The notes beneath the pieces are model-generated. The model was not told where the DNA came from. It was given only the letters and a program-made list of their open reading frames with translations, and did no database searches. From an uncultured delta proteobacterium (lineage in GTDB: Bacteria > Desulfobacterota > Desulfomonilia > UBA1062): a stretch of 64,000 nucleotides of DNA. The stretch covers positions 388,961 through 452,960 of the forward strand of contig CAVVYZ010000001.1 in assembly GCA_963752595.1 (NCBI GenBank). Direction: 5' to 3'. Made by a program: the position numbers and the translations under genes. Below, in pieces: positions 34,062-46,694 of this stretch (position 1 is the first letter of the stretch; every line of letters begins with the position of its first letter).

Positions 34062-34808
34062 TTATTTCGAGCGCCTGGGCATGAGGATTATTTCCATGCG
34101 ACGGTTCTTGGCCCGGCCTTCGGGGGTATCATTGCCGGCCACGGGGCGATATTCACTGAAACCGCCTGCACTCATGAGCTTCGGATCGACTCCGTCGGCG
34201 AGGAGAATCTTCACCACTGAGATGGCGCGGGCAGCGGAGAGTTCCCAGTTGGTCGGATAGATCTTTGCCAGCATGCCGCCGATTTGAACGTTGTCCGTGT
34301 ATCCCGCCACGACGATCTCCTGGTCCTTGGTGTTTTTGAGCACTTCGGCAACCTTATGGAGGGCATCGACACCTTCCTTTTTCACGTCTGCCTTACCGGA
34401 ATCGAACAGGATGGATTCCACCATGGTCAGGGTGAGTTTGCCCTCGAGTTCCTTGAGTGCGACCTGCTTGGAGGCAAGCTCGGATTTCATGGCTTCCTGC
34501 ATCTGGGTAAAGGCATCGCTCTGTTCCTTGACCTTTACTTCCTTCTCCTTCAGCTCGGTTTCCTTCACCTGGAGCTGTCCCTTCAGCGTTTTCAGCTCGG
34601 AACTCCTGGAAGAAAGCTCGCTGTCTTTCTGCTGAACCTGCTCCCGGCTTTTTGTCAGTGCGTCCCGGCAGGCCGTGTTTTCATTATTGAGCTGTTCGAT
34701 CTTCGATTTCTGGTCCGCTGTCTCGACACGAAGCTGCTTGAGCTCCGCACACCCCGTCAGTGAAAAAGCAAACAACACTGCCAATGCTCCAACCAGCTTT
34801 CGATTCAT
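34062..34808 (-). CDS. OmpA/MotB-C-domain lipoprotein with coiled coil
   Basis: Lipobox LTGC; ILFDSG.A, GYTDN, NWELSAARA.SV, NRRMEI. Confidence 0.88.
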   Translation of the reverse strand: MNRKLVGALAVLFAFSLTGCAELKQLRVETADQKSKIEQLNNENTACRDALTKSREQVQQKDSELSSRSSELKTLKGQLQVKETELKEKEVKVKEQSDAFTQMQEAMKSELASKQVALKELEGKLTLTMVESILFDSGKADVKKEGVDALHKVAEVLKNTKDQEIVVAGYTDNVQIGGMLAKIYPTNWELSAARAISVVKILLADGVDPKLMSAGGFSEYRPVAGNDTPEGRAKNRRMEIILMPRRSK

Positions 34809-35117
34809 AACACGTTACTCCTTTCTCATGTCGGCACATAACTCGATTTTTTAAAGGAAGGTTCCCTTCAATAGCCCATGGATGAGGATATATCCATAGA
34901 TGATGATAATACCTGAATATAATCCATGTGTCCCCACGAAGGCAAGCTTTTTAAAGGCAAAGGGAGGATATGGCTGACCTTGTATGCATCGGGAAACAGC
35001 CTGTCTTTCGGGAATTGCCCTGGGAAAGGGCGCTAAACGACGTCAATAAAGTACCGCTGATGCGGACTCCTGCGGGACATCTTCTTCAGGGAGCACAGGC
35101 AGGCAGGCGGCTTCGTG

Positions 35118-36173
35118 TTATACTACCTCTGCCAGCCTTCTCACAAAGCTCGCTGTTTCTTTCCAGCCCAGGCACGCATCGGTAATGGATTTTCCATAGA
35201 TATTCTCACCGATCTTCTGTGCGCCTTCTTCAAGATAACTCTCGATCATCAATCCCTTTATCATGTCCGCAAGGAGCGGATGGTACTTTCTGCTCTGCAT
35301 TATCTCCATGCCGATGCGGGGCTGTTCCCGGTAATCCTTGTTCGAATTGGAATGGTTCGTATCCACTACTATCAGGGGATAGGCAAGGGTGCGCTCCATA
35401 TATGCCCTGGCCACGCTCAGGAGATTTTCAAAGTGGTAATTCGGGATATTTCTCCCGTATAAGTCTACCGCACCGCGTAGGATTGCATGGGTATATGGAT
35501 TGCCTGAAGTCTTCACCTCCCACCGGTTGTAGATGAACACATGGGACTGCTGGCCTGCATAAACGGAATTCAGCATTACCGAGATATCTCCGCTGGTCGG
35601 ATTCTTCATGCCCGCAGGAACTGCCATGCCGCTCACCGTGAGCCGGTGCTGTTGGTTTTCCACAGACCTGGCGCCTACCGCGACATAGCTCAACAGATCC
35701 TCGAGGTAGGGAAGATTGCCCGGGTAAAGCATCTCATCGGCAGCAGAAAGATGGGATTCCCTTAAGGCCCTGATATGCATGTTCCGGATTGCACGGATGC
35801 CCTCCACTATGTTCGGTTTTTTATGAGGGTCGGGCTGATGGACCATGCCCTTGTATCCTTCGCCGGTTGTCCTGGGCTTGTTCGTGTAGATCCGCGGGAT
35901 AAGGAGAATCCTTTCCTTGACTTCGTCCTGCAGCCGGGCCAACCGGGAGACGTACTCGCACATTGCATCTTCATTGTCTGCAGAGCAGGGCCCGATTACC
36001 AGGAAGAAACGGTCGCTTTCTTTTTGGAATATCGCCCTGATTTGCCGGTCCCTTTCCTCTTTGGCTCTTTTCAAAGGCTCAGGCAGAGGAATGGACTCTC
36101 TGATTTCTTCAGGGCTCGGGATCTCCCTTATGTAGTCGAAACTCACTGTCTTTTGTCCTCCGTAACCATTCAC
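35118..36173 (-). CDS. aroG: 3-deoxy-7-phosphoheptulonate (DAHP) synthase, class I-alpha
   Basis: IGPCS, KPRT.G.GYKG, VGARS.E.Q.HR, MKNPTSG, HAILRG, D..HSNS, KSITDACLGW. Confidence 0.93.
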   Translation of the reverse strand: MNGYGGQKTVSFDYIREIPSPEEIRESIPLPEPLKRAKEERDRQIRAIFQKESDRFFLVIGPCSADNEDAMCEYVSRLARLQDEVKERILLIPRIYTNKPRTTGEGYKGMVHQPDPHKKPNIVEGIRAIRNMHIRALRESHLSAADEMLYPGNLPYLEDLLSYVAVGARSVENQQHRLTVSGMAVPAGMKNPTSGDISVMLNSVYAGQQSHVFIYNRWEVKTSGNPYTHAILRGAVDLYGRNIPNYHFENLLSVARAYMERTLAYPLIVVDTNHSNSNKDYREQPRIGMEIMQSRKYHPLLADMIKGLMIESYLEEGAQKIGENIYGKSITDACLGWKETASFVRRLAEVV

Positions 36174-36513
36174 TCGATCATGGATAGAAGGTATATGTCA
36201 TACACCTATGATGGTCAAGAAAGGGAAAGATTTCATGTAGCTTTCAACTTTTCATTATTGACCCGGCTCAAGACTGCATCCGGATTGTCCTGCCGGTCAC
36301 CGCAAGGCCTTGACAATGAAGAGGGAAATAAGCGTTTCCCTGGTTAAATTTTCTCTTCCCTTTATTAATATTATAGATTCGTAAGCAACATGCTGCAGGA
36401 GCTTGGATGATTAGGGAACGCTCTGTTGTTCGGTTCTCTGCTCACCTGAGTTTGTAAAATGGATGCCGATTGATGAACCCCGGCTCGTTTCCATGTGGAA
36501 TAAGGAGGTTACC

Positions 36514-38862
36514 ATGAGTAAAAAAAGGACAATGAGGCGCGTTTCCTCAATACATGCCCCGGTAATGCTTTTTTTGCTTGCAGTGTCCCTCCTGGCAGGG
36601 TGTGGTGCCGAAGGGGACGGCATACTCGACCAAAAGGCAGAAACAGAGGGGATTACGGTCCCTGTTCTCATCTCTCCTGCAGACGGTTCTTCCTTTATGG
36701 ATACCACACCTGATTTCGACTGGAACGATGTTTCCGGAGCAACCGGATACCGGGTTCAGATAAGCACCGTGAACGACTTCAGTGCAACGGTTACGGATCA
36801 GCAGACCCCTTCATCGTCATTTTCATTCTCCGGCCGGGCATTGAGCCCCGGGAACTATTACTGGAGGGTCATGGCTCACAACGGGGCTTCAGGGGCGAGC
36901 GAATGGAGCGATGCCTTTACTTTCTCAGTTGCCCGGAGCGGAACAGCAATTATCCCACCAGTTCTCCAATCCCCGGCAAATGGAGGCATCACTGAAGACA
37001 CAACCCCGGACTTTGACTGGGAGGATGCAGCGGGAGCAACGGGTTATCAGCTTCAGGCGGCCGGTTCGCCTGAATTTATCTCCCCGTCTGTCGATGTAAT
37101 GATGAGTGCTTCGAATTATGCTTTCTCAGCAACTCCGCTCGGTCTCGGTACGTACTATTGGAGGGTTCGGGCACAGAGCGGCCCGGAAAAGTGGAGCGAG
37201 TGGAGCAGCCCCTTCTCATTCACCATTGTGAGCACTTCGGTCGATACACAGCCTCAGGCCGTCATTCTTCAGCCTTCCGGGGACAGGACAATATTTGTCG
37301 GCGGCTCGGTCGATTTTGCCGGAGCAGTGACCGGAGGAGACGGGCAGATCACCTATACATGGGATTTCGGAGATGCGCGGACGAGCGATGTCCTCGATCC
37401 GCCCCCGATCACCTTCGGTACGCCGGGAAGATACACCATTCAATTCAATGCTGTGGATACAGACGGCGACCAGTCGACCAGCCGGATAATCATAACGGCA
37501 ACCGATGATGCGCCCGTTCTCATGGAGCCGGATAACGGGTATGCATCAACGAGCGGCACCATTGCATTCTCCTGGGGAATGGTAGATGCCGCAGCATCTT
37601 ATATCCTTTCACTTGAAAGCAACGGGTCTCCCTCATCCTATACGGCAACCGCCGCCGCTTACACGGTTACGGGCCTTTCATCGGGTGATTACACCTGGAG
37701 CGTCTGTGCAGTAGACTCACTGGGAAACAGGGGGAGGGAGTCTTCACAACGTTCCTTTACGGTCTCACCTTCATCCCCTTCGACATGGTACAGGGTCTGG
37801 GCAGGGCATAGTCATACCCTCGGCATCAGGGAATCCGACAGGAGCCTGTGGGCCTGGGGCAGCAGTGCCCAGTGCCGGCTCGGAGCCGGGTCAGGAGTTG
37901 AATACAGCACCGTTCCCTTACGAATCGGTGATCCCGGAGCCAGATGGAAATACATATGTGCAGATGATCACATGTCCTTTGCCATCCAGGAGGACGGATC
38001 GCTCTGGGCCTGGGGCCAAAATATGTACGGGTCACTCGGACTCGGCGATGGATACCTGGATACGGTGCAATGCATACCGGTCAGGGTTGAATATCCATCA
38101 AAGAACTGGGTGATGGTCGATTGCGGATACGGGCATGCCGCTGCCCTTTCCGAAGAGGGCGAGCTCTATGTCTGGGGCGACAATTCGGAGGGCCAGCTTG
38201 GAGACAACAGGACGGAGGCATACCGAACTATCCCTGAGAGGCTGGGGGCAGACCTCTGGAGAACAGTCGGTACCGGGGGCAATTACGTATTGGCCGTCAG
38301 GTATGATGGAACACTCTGGGGATGGGGCCAGAACCGGGGGGGAGAGCTCGGCGACGAATCCGACATTTCGAAAGACTTCCCGGTCCAGATCCTGACCGGT
38401 TCGGGGATAGAGGATAACTGGCAATCGGTTTCGGCAGGCTACTATCACAGTGTGGCAATCAAGGGTGGAGAACTGTGGGGGACAGGCTCCAACGGCCGGG
38501 GCCAGCTCGGCGGCGAGCCGTACGACCGCAGGCTGTCATTCGGGAAGCTCCTTGATGATACGGGTTTTACAACCGCTGCAGCAGGGTATTTCACGACGTT
38601 TGCTCTGAAAACCGACGGCTCATACTGGGGCATGGGAGAGAACGAGAGCGGGCAGATGGGATATGGTGATACCATAACCAGAAGGCCTTTCGAGCTTCTG
38701 GATGCAGCCGATTCATGGGTGCAGGTTTCCGCCGGTGATACCCATACCATGCTTCTCAGATCGGATGGCTCTCTTTTCGGAACAGGGGATAATCAGGATG
38801 GAAAGCTCGGTGACGGTACCGGCATTAATAGATCGTCACCGGTTATGATAACCATACCCTGA
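36514..38862 (+). CDS. Surface lipoprotein: Fn3-like repeats + PKD + RCC1/BLIP-II propeller
   Basis: AAGGAGG RBS, lipobox LAGC; repeated DTTPDFDW...YYWRV...SEWS; TYTWDFGD; repeated DG.LW.WG.N..GQLG. Confidence 0.85.
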   Translation: MSKKRTMRRVSSIHAPVMLFLLAVSLLAGCGAEGDGILDQKAETEGITVPVLISPADGSSFMDTTPDFDWNDVSGATGYRVQISTVNDFSATVTDQQTPSSSFSFSGRALSPGNYYWRVMAHNGASGASEWSDAFTFSVARSGTAIIPPVLQSPANGGITEDTTPDFDWEDAAGATGYQLQAAGSPEFISPSVDVMMSASNYAFSATPLGLGTYYWRVRAQSGPEKWSEWSSPFSFTIVSTSVDTQPQAVILQPSGDRTIFVGGSVDFAGAVTGGDGQITYTWDFGDARTSDVLDPPPITFGTPGRYTIQFNAVDTDGDQSTSRIIITATDDAPVLMEPDNGYASTSGTIAFSWGMVDAAASYILSLESNGSPSSYTATAAAYTVTGLSSGDYTWSVCAVDSLGNRGRESSQRSFTVSPSSPSTWYRVWAGHSHTLGIRESDRSLWAWGSSAQCRLGAGSGVEYSTVPLRIGDPGARWKYICADDHMSFAIQEDGSLWAWGQNMYGSLGLGDGYLDTVQCIPVRVEYPSKNWVMVDCGYGHAAALSEEGELYVWGDNSEGQLGDNRTEAYRTIPERLGADLWRTVGTGGNYVLAVRYDGTLWGWGQNRGGELGDESDISKDFPVQILTGSGIEDNWQSVSAGYYHSVAIKGGELWGTGSNGRGQLGGEPYDRRLSFGKLLDDTGFTTAAAGYFTTFALKTDGSYWGMGENESGQMGYGDTITRRPFELLDAADSWVQVSAGDTHTMLLRSDGSLFGTGDNQDGKLGDGTGINRSSPVMITIP

Positions 38863-38915
38863 GATTTTTTCTTTATGCAAAAAGAAAATCCGGGAGTACG
38901 GGCCGGAGATCAGGT

Positions 38916-40676
<1,761 letters not shown>

Positions 40677-40851
40677 ATATATCCCATGCACTTGCGCCAC
40701 TGGAAGTTGCCAAAAGAGTCTGTCGTTCCCGCGGAAGCTTGGAATCCGGGTATCGGAAAGACACCATCAGGGAGGCAGTCTCTGCTTATAATAGGAGCCA
40801 CCCTGGAAGACCGGAGGCGGTAGGAAATCTCATGGAAATGGAGAGGGGTCC

Positions 40852-42162
40852 ATGGACTCGATACGCCGCTATAAGCTGAATCATTTCCTGCAGACCTCCC
40901 TGTGGGTGATGCCCATTGCGTGCATGGCAGCCGCTCTTCTCGTTGCGCCACTGGTCCGCCTGTTCGACGAACGCACGCAATGGACATTGATGGGGTTCGG
41001 CCCTGAAGGGGCAAGAGTCGTGGTCGGGGCCCTTGTCTCATCGCTCCTGACCTTCATAGTCTTTGCCTTCAGCATTATCCTGCTCGCTGTCCAGATCGCT
41101 GGAGGCCAGCTCTCGCCCAGGGTTATCGCACGGATATTCGAAGGCCGCCTCGTCAAGCTGACCTTAAGTGCCTTCGTGTTCTCTTACACGTACTCGCTGG
41201 CTGCCCTTGGCCGGATCGAAGACCGCGTCCCACAGCTGCCTGTACTGCTCGCCATCCTCTTGAGTCTGGTCAGCGTTTCTTTGTTTCTCTACCTGATCCA
41301 GACGGCAAGCAAAAATTTTCGCTCCATCGCGGTCCTCACCCAGGTGGCCGACGATACCCGGGCCGTAATCAAGGCCTTTTACCCGCTCCCGTTCTCTGCA
41401 CACAGCAGGGAGCATTCCGTTCCTGATCTCGAGCGTATGTCGGCCGGGAGGACGATCGAACACCATGGACGCCCGGGAGTGGTTCTCGCCTTCGATGCGG
41501 CAGGCCTGGCGGAGATTGCTATGCTGTCCGGCTGCATGATCGAGCTCGTCCCGCAGGTGGGCGACTTCCTGGCCGCCGGGGAAGATGTGTTCCGTCTGTA
41601 CGGAGACGATGCGGACGCCATGGTTGAAGCCGACCTGTGCAGCTGTGTCATGATAGGCGGGGAGCGGAGGCTGGAGCATGATCCGGCCTTTGGGTTCCGT
41701 ATCATCGTGGACATCGCCGAGAAGGCCCTCTCTCCGGCCATAAACGACCCCACCACAGGAGTTCTGGCCGTCGATCAGATCGAACACCTCCTGCACCTGC
41801 TCGGGCAGAGGCAACTCGACACAGGCGTAATGCGGGATTCCTCCGGAGAAGTGCGTATCGTGTACCGGACCCCGGACTGGGAGGACTTCGTCACCCTCGC
41901 CGTGACGGAGATCCGGCTCTACGGAGGCAGCAGCACCCAGGTGACACGGCGGCTCAAGGCCATGCTCGAGCATCTCGCACGGGCCTTGCCCGCCGAGCGG
42001 GCGAGGGTGATGCTCCGGGAGATGGACCTTCTCCAGCGGACCATCGAAAGGGGGTTCGCTGACCCGGAAGACCGCATCATCGCTTCAGTCAGTGACGTGC
42101 AGGGCATCGGCAGCAGGCAGCGCATCAGGAATCCGACAGGGAAGGACAAACCCCCTGAGTAG
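40852..42162 (+). CDS. DUF2254 membrane protein
   Basis: QLSPR, D..FGFR.IVDIA.KALSPAINDPTT. Confidence 0.9.
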   Translation: MDSIRRYKLNHFLQTSLWVMPIACMAAALLVAPLVRLFDERTQWTLMGFGPEGARVVVGALVSSLLTFIVFAFSIILLAVQIAGGQLSPRVIARIFEGRLVKLTLSAFVFSYTYSLAALGRIEDRVPQLPVLLAILLSLVSVSLFLYLIQTASKNFRSIAVLTQVADDTRAVIKAFYPLPFSAHSREHSVPDLERMSAGRTIEHHGRPGVVLAFDAAGLAEIAMLSGCMIELVPQVGDFLAAGEDVFRLYGDDADAMVEADLCSCVMIGGERRLEHDPAFGFRIIVDIAEKALSPAINDPTTGVLAVDQIEHLLHLLGQRQLDTGVMRDSSGEVRIVYRTPDWEDFVTLAVTEIRLYGGSSTQVTRRLKAMLEHLARALPAERARVMLREMDLLQRTIERGFADPEDRIIASVSDVQGIGSRQRIRNPTGKDKPPE

Positions 42163-42440
42163 CTGCCCTCTGAGTGTTCAACGAGAAGAACAGCCCCAAG
42201 TATGCAGGATTGAGCGGCCGGACTTTGATATTATTATAATTACTACATACGCCATGGGATCCAAGCTACGAGCTGTAAATAAGCGCCTCTTGGATAATAT
42301 TACCCCGTGTTTCTCAATAACCTCACCTGAGATTCAGTGAAAGACCCGGTCCCGCAGCAAGGGAGGACTATCCGTGCCGGCTCAGGGTGTCCTGCGCTTT
42401 CCACCCGCCCTGTGGGCCATCATAACCAAGGAGGAAAAAT

Positions 42441-44825
42441 ATGAGTTCGCAAGACCAAATCCAACGATCCATTCTGCCCATCCCGGATCTGCCGCATATA
42501 GGTTTGACCACATACGATGCCAAGGACCCGGACACGAGTTATCCGCCGATCAGGGCAGCTGCGGCCGCCGCAGGGCGCGCCCAACGTGCTGATCATCCTG
42601 ATCGACGACGCCGGCTTCGGCTCGTCCAGCGCCTTCGGCGGGCCCTGCCAGACGCCGAACGCGGAGAAGCTGGCGGCGGGCGGCCTGAAGTACAACCGCT
42701 TCCACACCACCGCGCTGTGCTCGCCGACGCGGCAGGCGCTGCTGACCGGCCGCAACCACCACTCCGTCGGCATGGGCGGCATCACCGAGATCGCCACCGG
42801 CGCGCCGGGCTACAGCTCGGTGCTGCCCAACACCATGTCGCCGCTCGCGCGGACGCTCAAGCTCAACGGCTACTCCACGGCGCAGTTCGGCAAGTGCCAC
42901 GAGGTGCCGGTGTGGCAGACGAGCCCGGTCGGGCCGTTCGACGCCTGGCCCACGGGCGGCGGCGGCTTCGAGTACTTCTACGGCTTCATCGGCGGCGAGG
43001 CCAACCAGTGGTACCCGACGCTCTACGAGGGCACCACGCCGGTCGAGCCGAAGAAGACGCCCGAAGAGGGCTACCACTTCATGGAGGACATGACCGACAA
43101 GGCCATCAGCCTGGATCGGCCAGCAGAAGGCGCTCATGCCCGACAAGCCGTTCTTCGTCTACTTCGCGCCCGGCGCCACCCACGCGCCCGCACCACGTGC
43201 CCAAGGAGTGGGCCGACAAGTACAAGGGCAAGTTCGACCAGGGCTGGGACAAGCTGCGCGAGGAGACCTTCGCCCGGCAGAAGAAGCTGGGCGTCATCCC
43301 GGCGGACTGCCAGCTCACCGCGCGCCACAAGGAGATCCCGGCCTGGGACGACATGCCGGAGGCGCTCAAGCCCGTGCTGCGCCGGCAGATGGAGGTCTAC
43401 GCCGGCTTCATGGAGTACACCGACCACCACGTCGGCCGGCTGCTCGACGCGCTCGAGAAGCTCGAACATCCTCGACGACACGCTGGTCTACTACATCATC
43501 GGCGACAACGGCGCCTCGGCCGAGGGCACGCTGAACGGCACCTTCAACGAGATGATCAACTTCAACGGCACTGTCCGCCCTCGAGACGCCGGAGTTCCTG
43601 ATGGCGCGGCTCGACAAGCTCGGCGGGCCGGAGTCCTACAACCACTACGCCGTGGGCTGGGCGCACGCCATGGACACGCCCTACCAGTGGACCAAGCAGG
43701 TCGCCTCGCACTGGGGCGGCACGCGCAACGGCACCATCGTCCACTGGCCCAAGGGGATCAAGGCGAAGGGCGAGATCCGCTCGCAGTTCCACCACGTCAT
43801 CGACGTGGCGCCGACGATCCTGGAGGCGGCCGGGCTGCCCGAGCCGGTCTCGGTGAACGGCGTGCAGCAGAAGCCGATCGAGGGCGTCAGCATGCTGTAC
43901 TCCTTCGACGACGCCAAGGCGGCCGAGCGGCACGAGACGCAGTACTTCGAGATGTTCGGCAACCGCGGCATCTACCACAAGGGCTGGACCGCGGTGACCC
44001 GGCACAAGACGCCCTGGCTGCTCATGGGCGAGAAGACCCCGGCCTTCGACGACGACGTCTGGGAGCTCTACGACACGAACAAGGACTGGAGCCAGGCCAA
44101 CGACCTGTCCAAGCAGATGCCGGAGAAGCTCCACGAGCTGCAGCGCCTGTGGCTGATCGAGGCGACGCGCTACAACGTGCTGCCGCTCGACGACCGGCTG
44201 CGGCGAGCGCTTGAACCCGGACACCGCCGGCCGGCCGGTGCTGATCAAGGGGAAGACCCAGATCCTCTTCGGCGGCATGGGGCGCCTGTCGGAGAACTGC
44301 GTCGTCAACATCAAGAACAAGTCGCACGCCGTCACCGCCGAGATCGAGGTGCCCGAAGTCGGGCGCCGAGGGCGTGATCATCGCCCAGGGCGGGAACATC
44401 GGCGGCTGGAGCCTCTACGCCAAGGGCGGCAAGCTCAAGTACTGCTACAACCTGCTGCGGCGTGCAGCACTTCTACGTCGAGGCGACGAGCCCGCTGCCG
44501 GCGGGCGAGCACCAGGTGCGCATGGAGTTCGCCTACGACGGCGGCGGCCTGGGCAAGGGCGGCAAGGTGACGCTGTACGTCGACGGCAAGAAGGTCGGCG
44601 AAGGGCGACGTCCCCATGACGCTGGCGATGGTCTTCTCCGCCGACGACGGCTGCGACGTCGGCGAGGACACCGGCGCGCCCGTCTCCGAAGACTACGGCC
44701 CGCGCGGCAACGGGTTCAACGGCGCGGTCAAGGGCGTGCAGATCGCCATCGCCGATGCCGCCGAGAACGCGGATCACCTGGTCTCGCCCGAGGAAGCCAT
44801 CCGCATCGCGATGGCGCGGCAGTAA
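42441..44825 (+). CDS. Cys-type arylsulfatase with C-terminal beta-sandwich domain (many frameshifts)
   Basis: [55 protein letters not shown]. Confidence 0.88.
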
Positions 44826-44948
44826 GCACATCAGTGACCGGCAGCCCAACGCATAGCTGTATCGCGAAGAGATAGCGACAGCCTGGTCTCTTGATTCGGC
44901 GGTGGCTCCTCCTCAGGGCTTACGGCCAATAAGCGAAGGGGAATTCAC

Positions 44949-45341
44949 ATGCATTCACAAGGGAAGCTGTTCATCGCGACCGCTCTCATTGAGGTTGGCA
45001 CCGGTCTATCTCTTGTGTGTCTGCCTGCCCTGGTAATTTGGCTCTTGCTCGGTGTCGGGGAGCCTTCGCAGGAGGCGCTCGTTGTGGGCCGACTCGGTGG
45101 AGCGGCCTTGCTCGCAATCGGGGTTGCTTGCTGGCTCGCGCATGACGATCGCGGCAGTCTTTCGCAGCACGGTCTGCTGTGGGGAATGCTCACCTATAAT
45201 GTCGGGGCGTGCATCGTGCTCACGATCGCGGGATCGATGATGCGAATGTCCGGTATCGCCCTGTGGCCTGCAGTGGTACTTCACGCGGCACTGACGATTT
45301 GGTGCGCGGCAAATCTTCGAGCGTCGGGTGCTAATGCGTGA
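44949..45341 (+). CDS. 4-TM hypothetical membrane protein
   Basis: Four hydrophobic helices; RBS-like GAAGGGG upstream. Confidence 0.65.
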   Translation: MHSQGKLFIATALIEVGTGLSLVCLPALVIWLLLGVGEPSQEALVVGRLGGAALLAIGVACWLAHDDRGSLSQHGLLWGMLTYNVGACIVLTIAGSMMRMSGIALWPAVVLHAALTIWCAANLRASGANA

Positions 45342-45460
45342 TGGCCTAAATTTTCATGCTTGAGGCACGGTAGTACATACATTTATGTATGGCCGGCAGC
45401 CCAAACCGGGTCAGCTGGTCACTGGGAAAACGGGTGCAGCAACAAACATAAGGAAGCAAA

Positions 45461-46593
45461 ATGGAGGAGGAACGAGCGGACCTGACAGAGAGCCGGAATG
45501 CGATCACCCCCGGCGGGTATCGTTTCGTCATAATCTGGGCGGCTTGCCTGCTGCTCCTGTATGCGTTGGACGCCTCCTTCGGGGTCGTGAAGCTTCGCGG
45601 CTATGCGGCCGAAACCGAGAAGACGCGGAAAGCCAGGATTGCATCTCCAACCATTGAGCTGAATGTTGAAAAACCCGATCTTAAGATCCCGTCCAGGGCA
45701 AAGCCGGTGGATGTGCTGGTGGGGGGCAGCATCAACCGTATAGGTGACTTTGCCCTGAAAGAGGCTGCCTGGACAGCAGACTTCACCCTCTGGTTCACCT
45801 GGAGCAGCGATAAGGTGAACCCGGGCAAGAGCTTCCGCATCGTCAACGGCCAGATCCTGCAGCGGGAAAAAGGAGGGAGCCACCGGAGCGGCAAGGAGCA
45901 CTACGTGGAATATCACGTGGTGGCACGCATGACAAAACCTTTCGAGGCCTCGCGATTTCCCTTTCGGTGAGGAAGCGCTGTTCATACAGGTGGAGGACGC
46001 TGTCCATGGGACGGATACGCTCCGGTATATAGCCGACAAACAGGACAGCGGGATCGGCCCTGAAGCAATAATACCGCATGGAATTAACTCACCAGGTTCC
46101 TGGTGGACACCAAGATCGGCGGCTATAGGTCGGGGGTCAACCCCGGTCCTGCGGGCGGTAATAAAGAGGTCCGCTCAGAGTTCATATTGGCCATGCTGGT
46201 GGTGCCCGACGGCATGGGCATTTACCAGAAGATGTTCCAGGCGCTCTTCGCCTCCGTGGCTGTCGCCCTGATCGCCCTGTACATCAAACCCACCATATCG
46301 ATTGCCGCTTCGGGCTGCCCGTGGGCGGTTTTTTCGCCAGTGTGGGCAACAACATCTTCGTAGCTTCGATCCTGCCCCATGCGGACAGGCTCACACTGGC
46401 CGACATGATCAACACGGTCAGCCTGTTCACCATTTTCCTCATCCTGGTCCAGTCAGTGATCTCCCTGTACATCTTCGACACCATGGGCCGTGAGCGGCTG
46501 TCCCGTTTCTTCGACCGGGTCTCCTTTGCTGTATTTCTGATCGGGTACGTGGCCGTAAACCTGGCCCTGCCCCTTGCAGCGAGGCCGCTATGA
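45461..46593 (+). CDS. Prokaryotic pentameric ligand-gated ion channel (Pro-loop) homolog (~3 frameshifts)
   Basis: Extracellular domain PVDV.VG..I..I.......TADF.LWF.W...F.IVNG; loop F.ASRFPF; four TMs with RFGL.VG..FA.V, LP...LTLAD. Confidence 0.7.
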
Positions 46594-46694
46594 GAGGAGG
46601 CCGCACCCATGACCGGGACGGAGACGGCAGCTCAGGAGAACTCCGGGAGCGTGAAAAAAATGTGACAATGAATAAAACCAAAAGGAGAAACATT

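Noticed and set aside
40722-40748. REP-like GTCGTTCCCGCGGAAGCTTGGAATCC
   Set aside because: Single degenerate copy with an imperfect stem and no associated transposase in the window.
45968-45970. TGA in the channel gene as selenocysteine
   Set aside because: Homology continues in a different frame after a T-run, so this is an indel, not readthrough.
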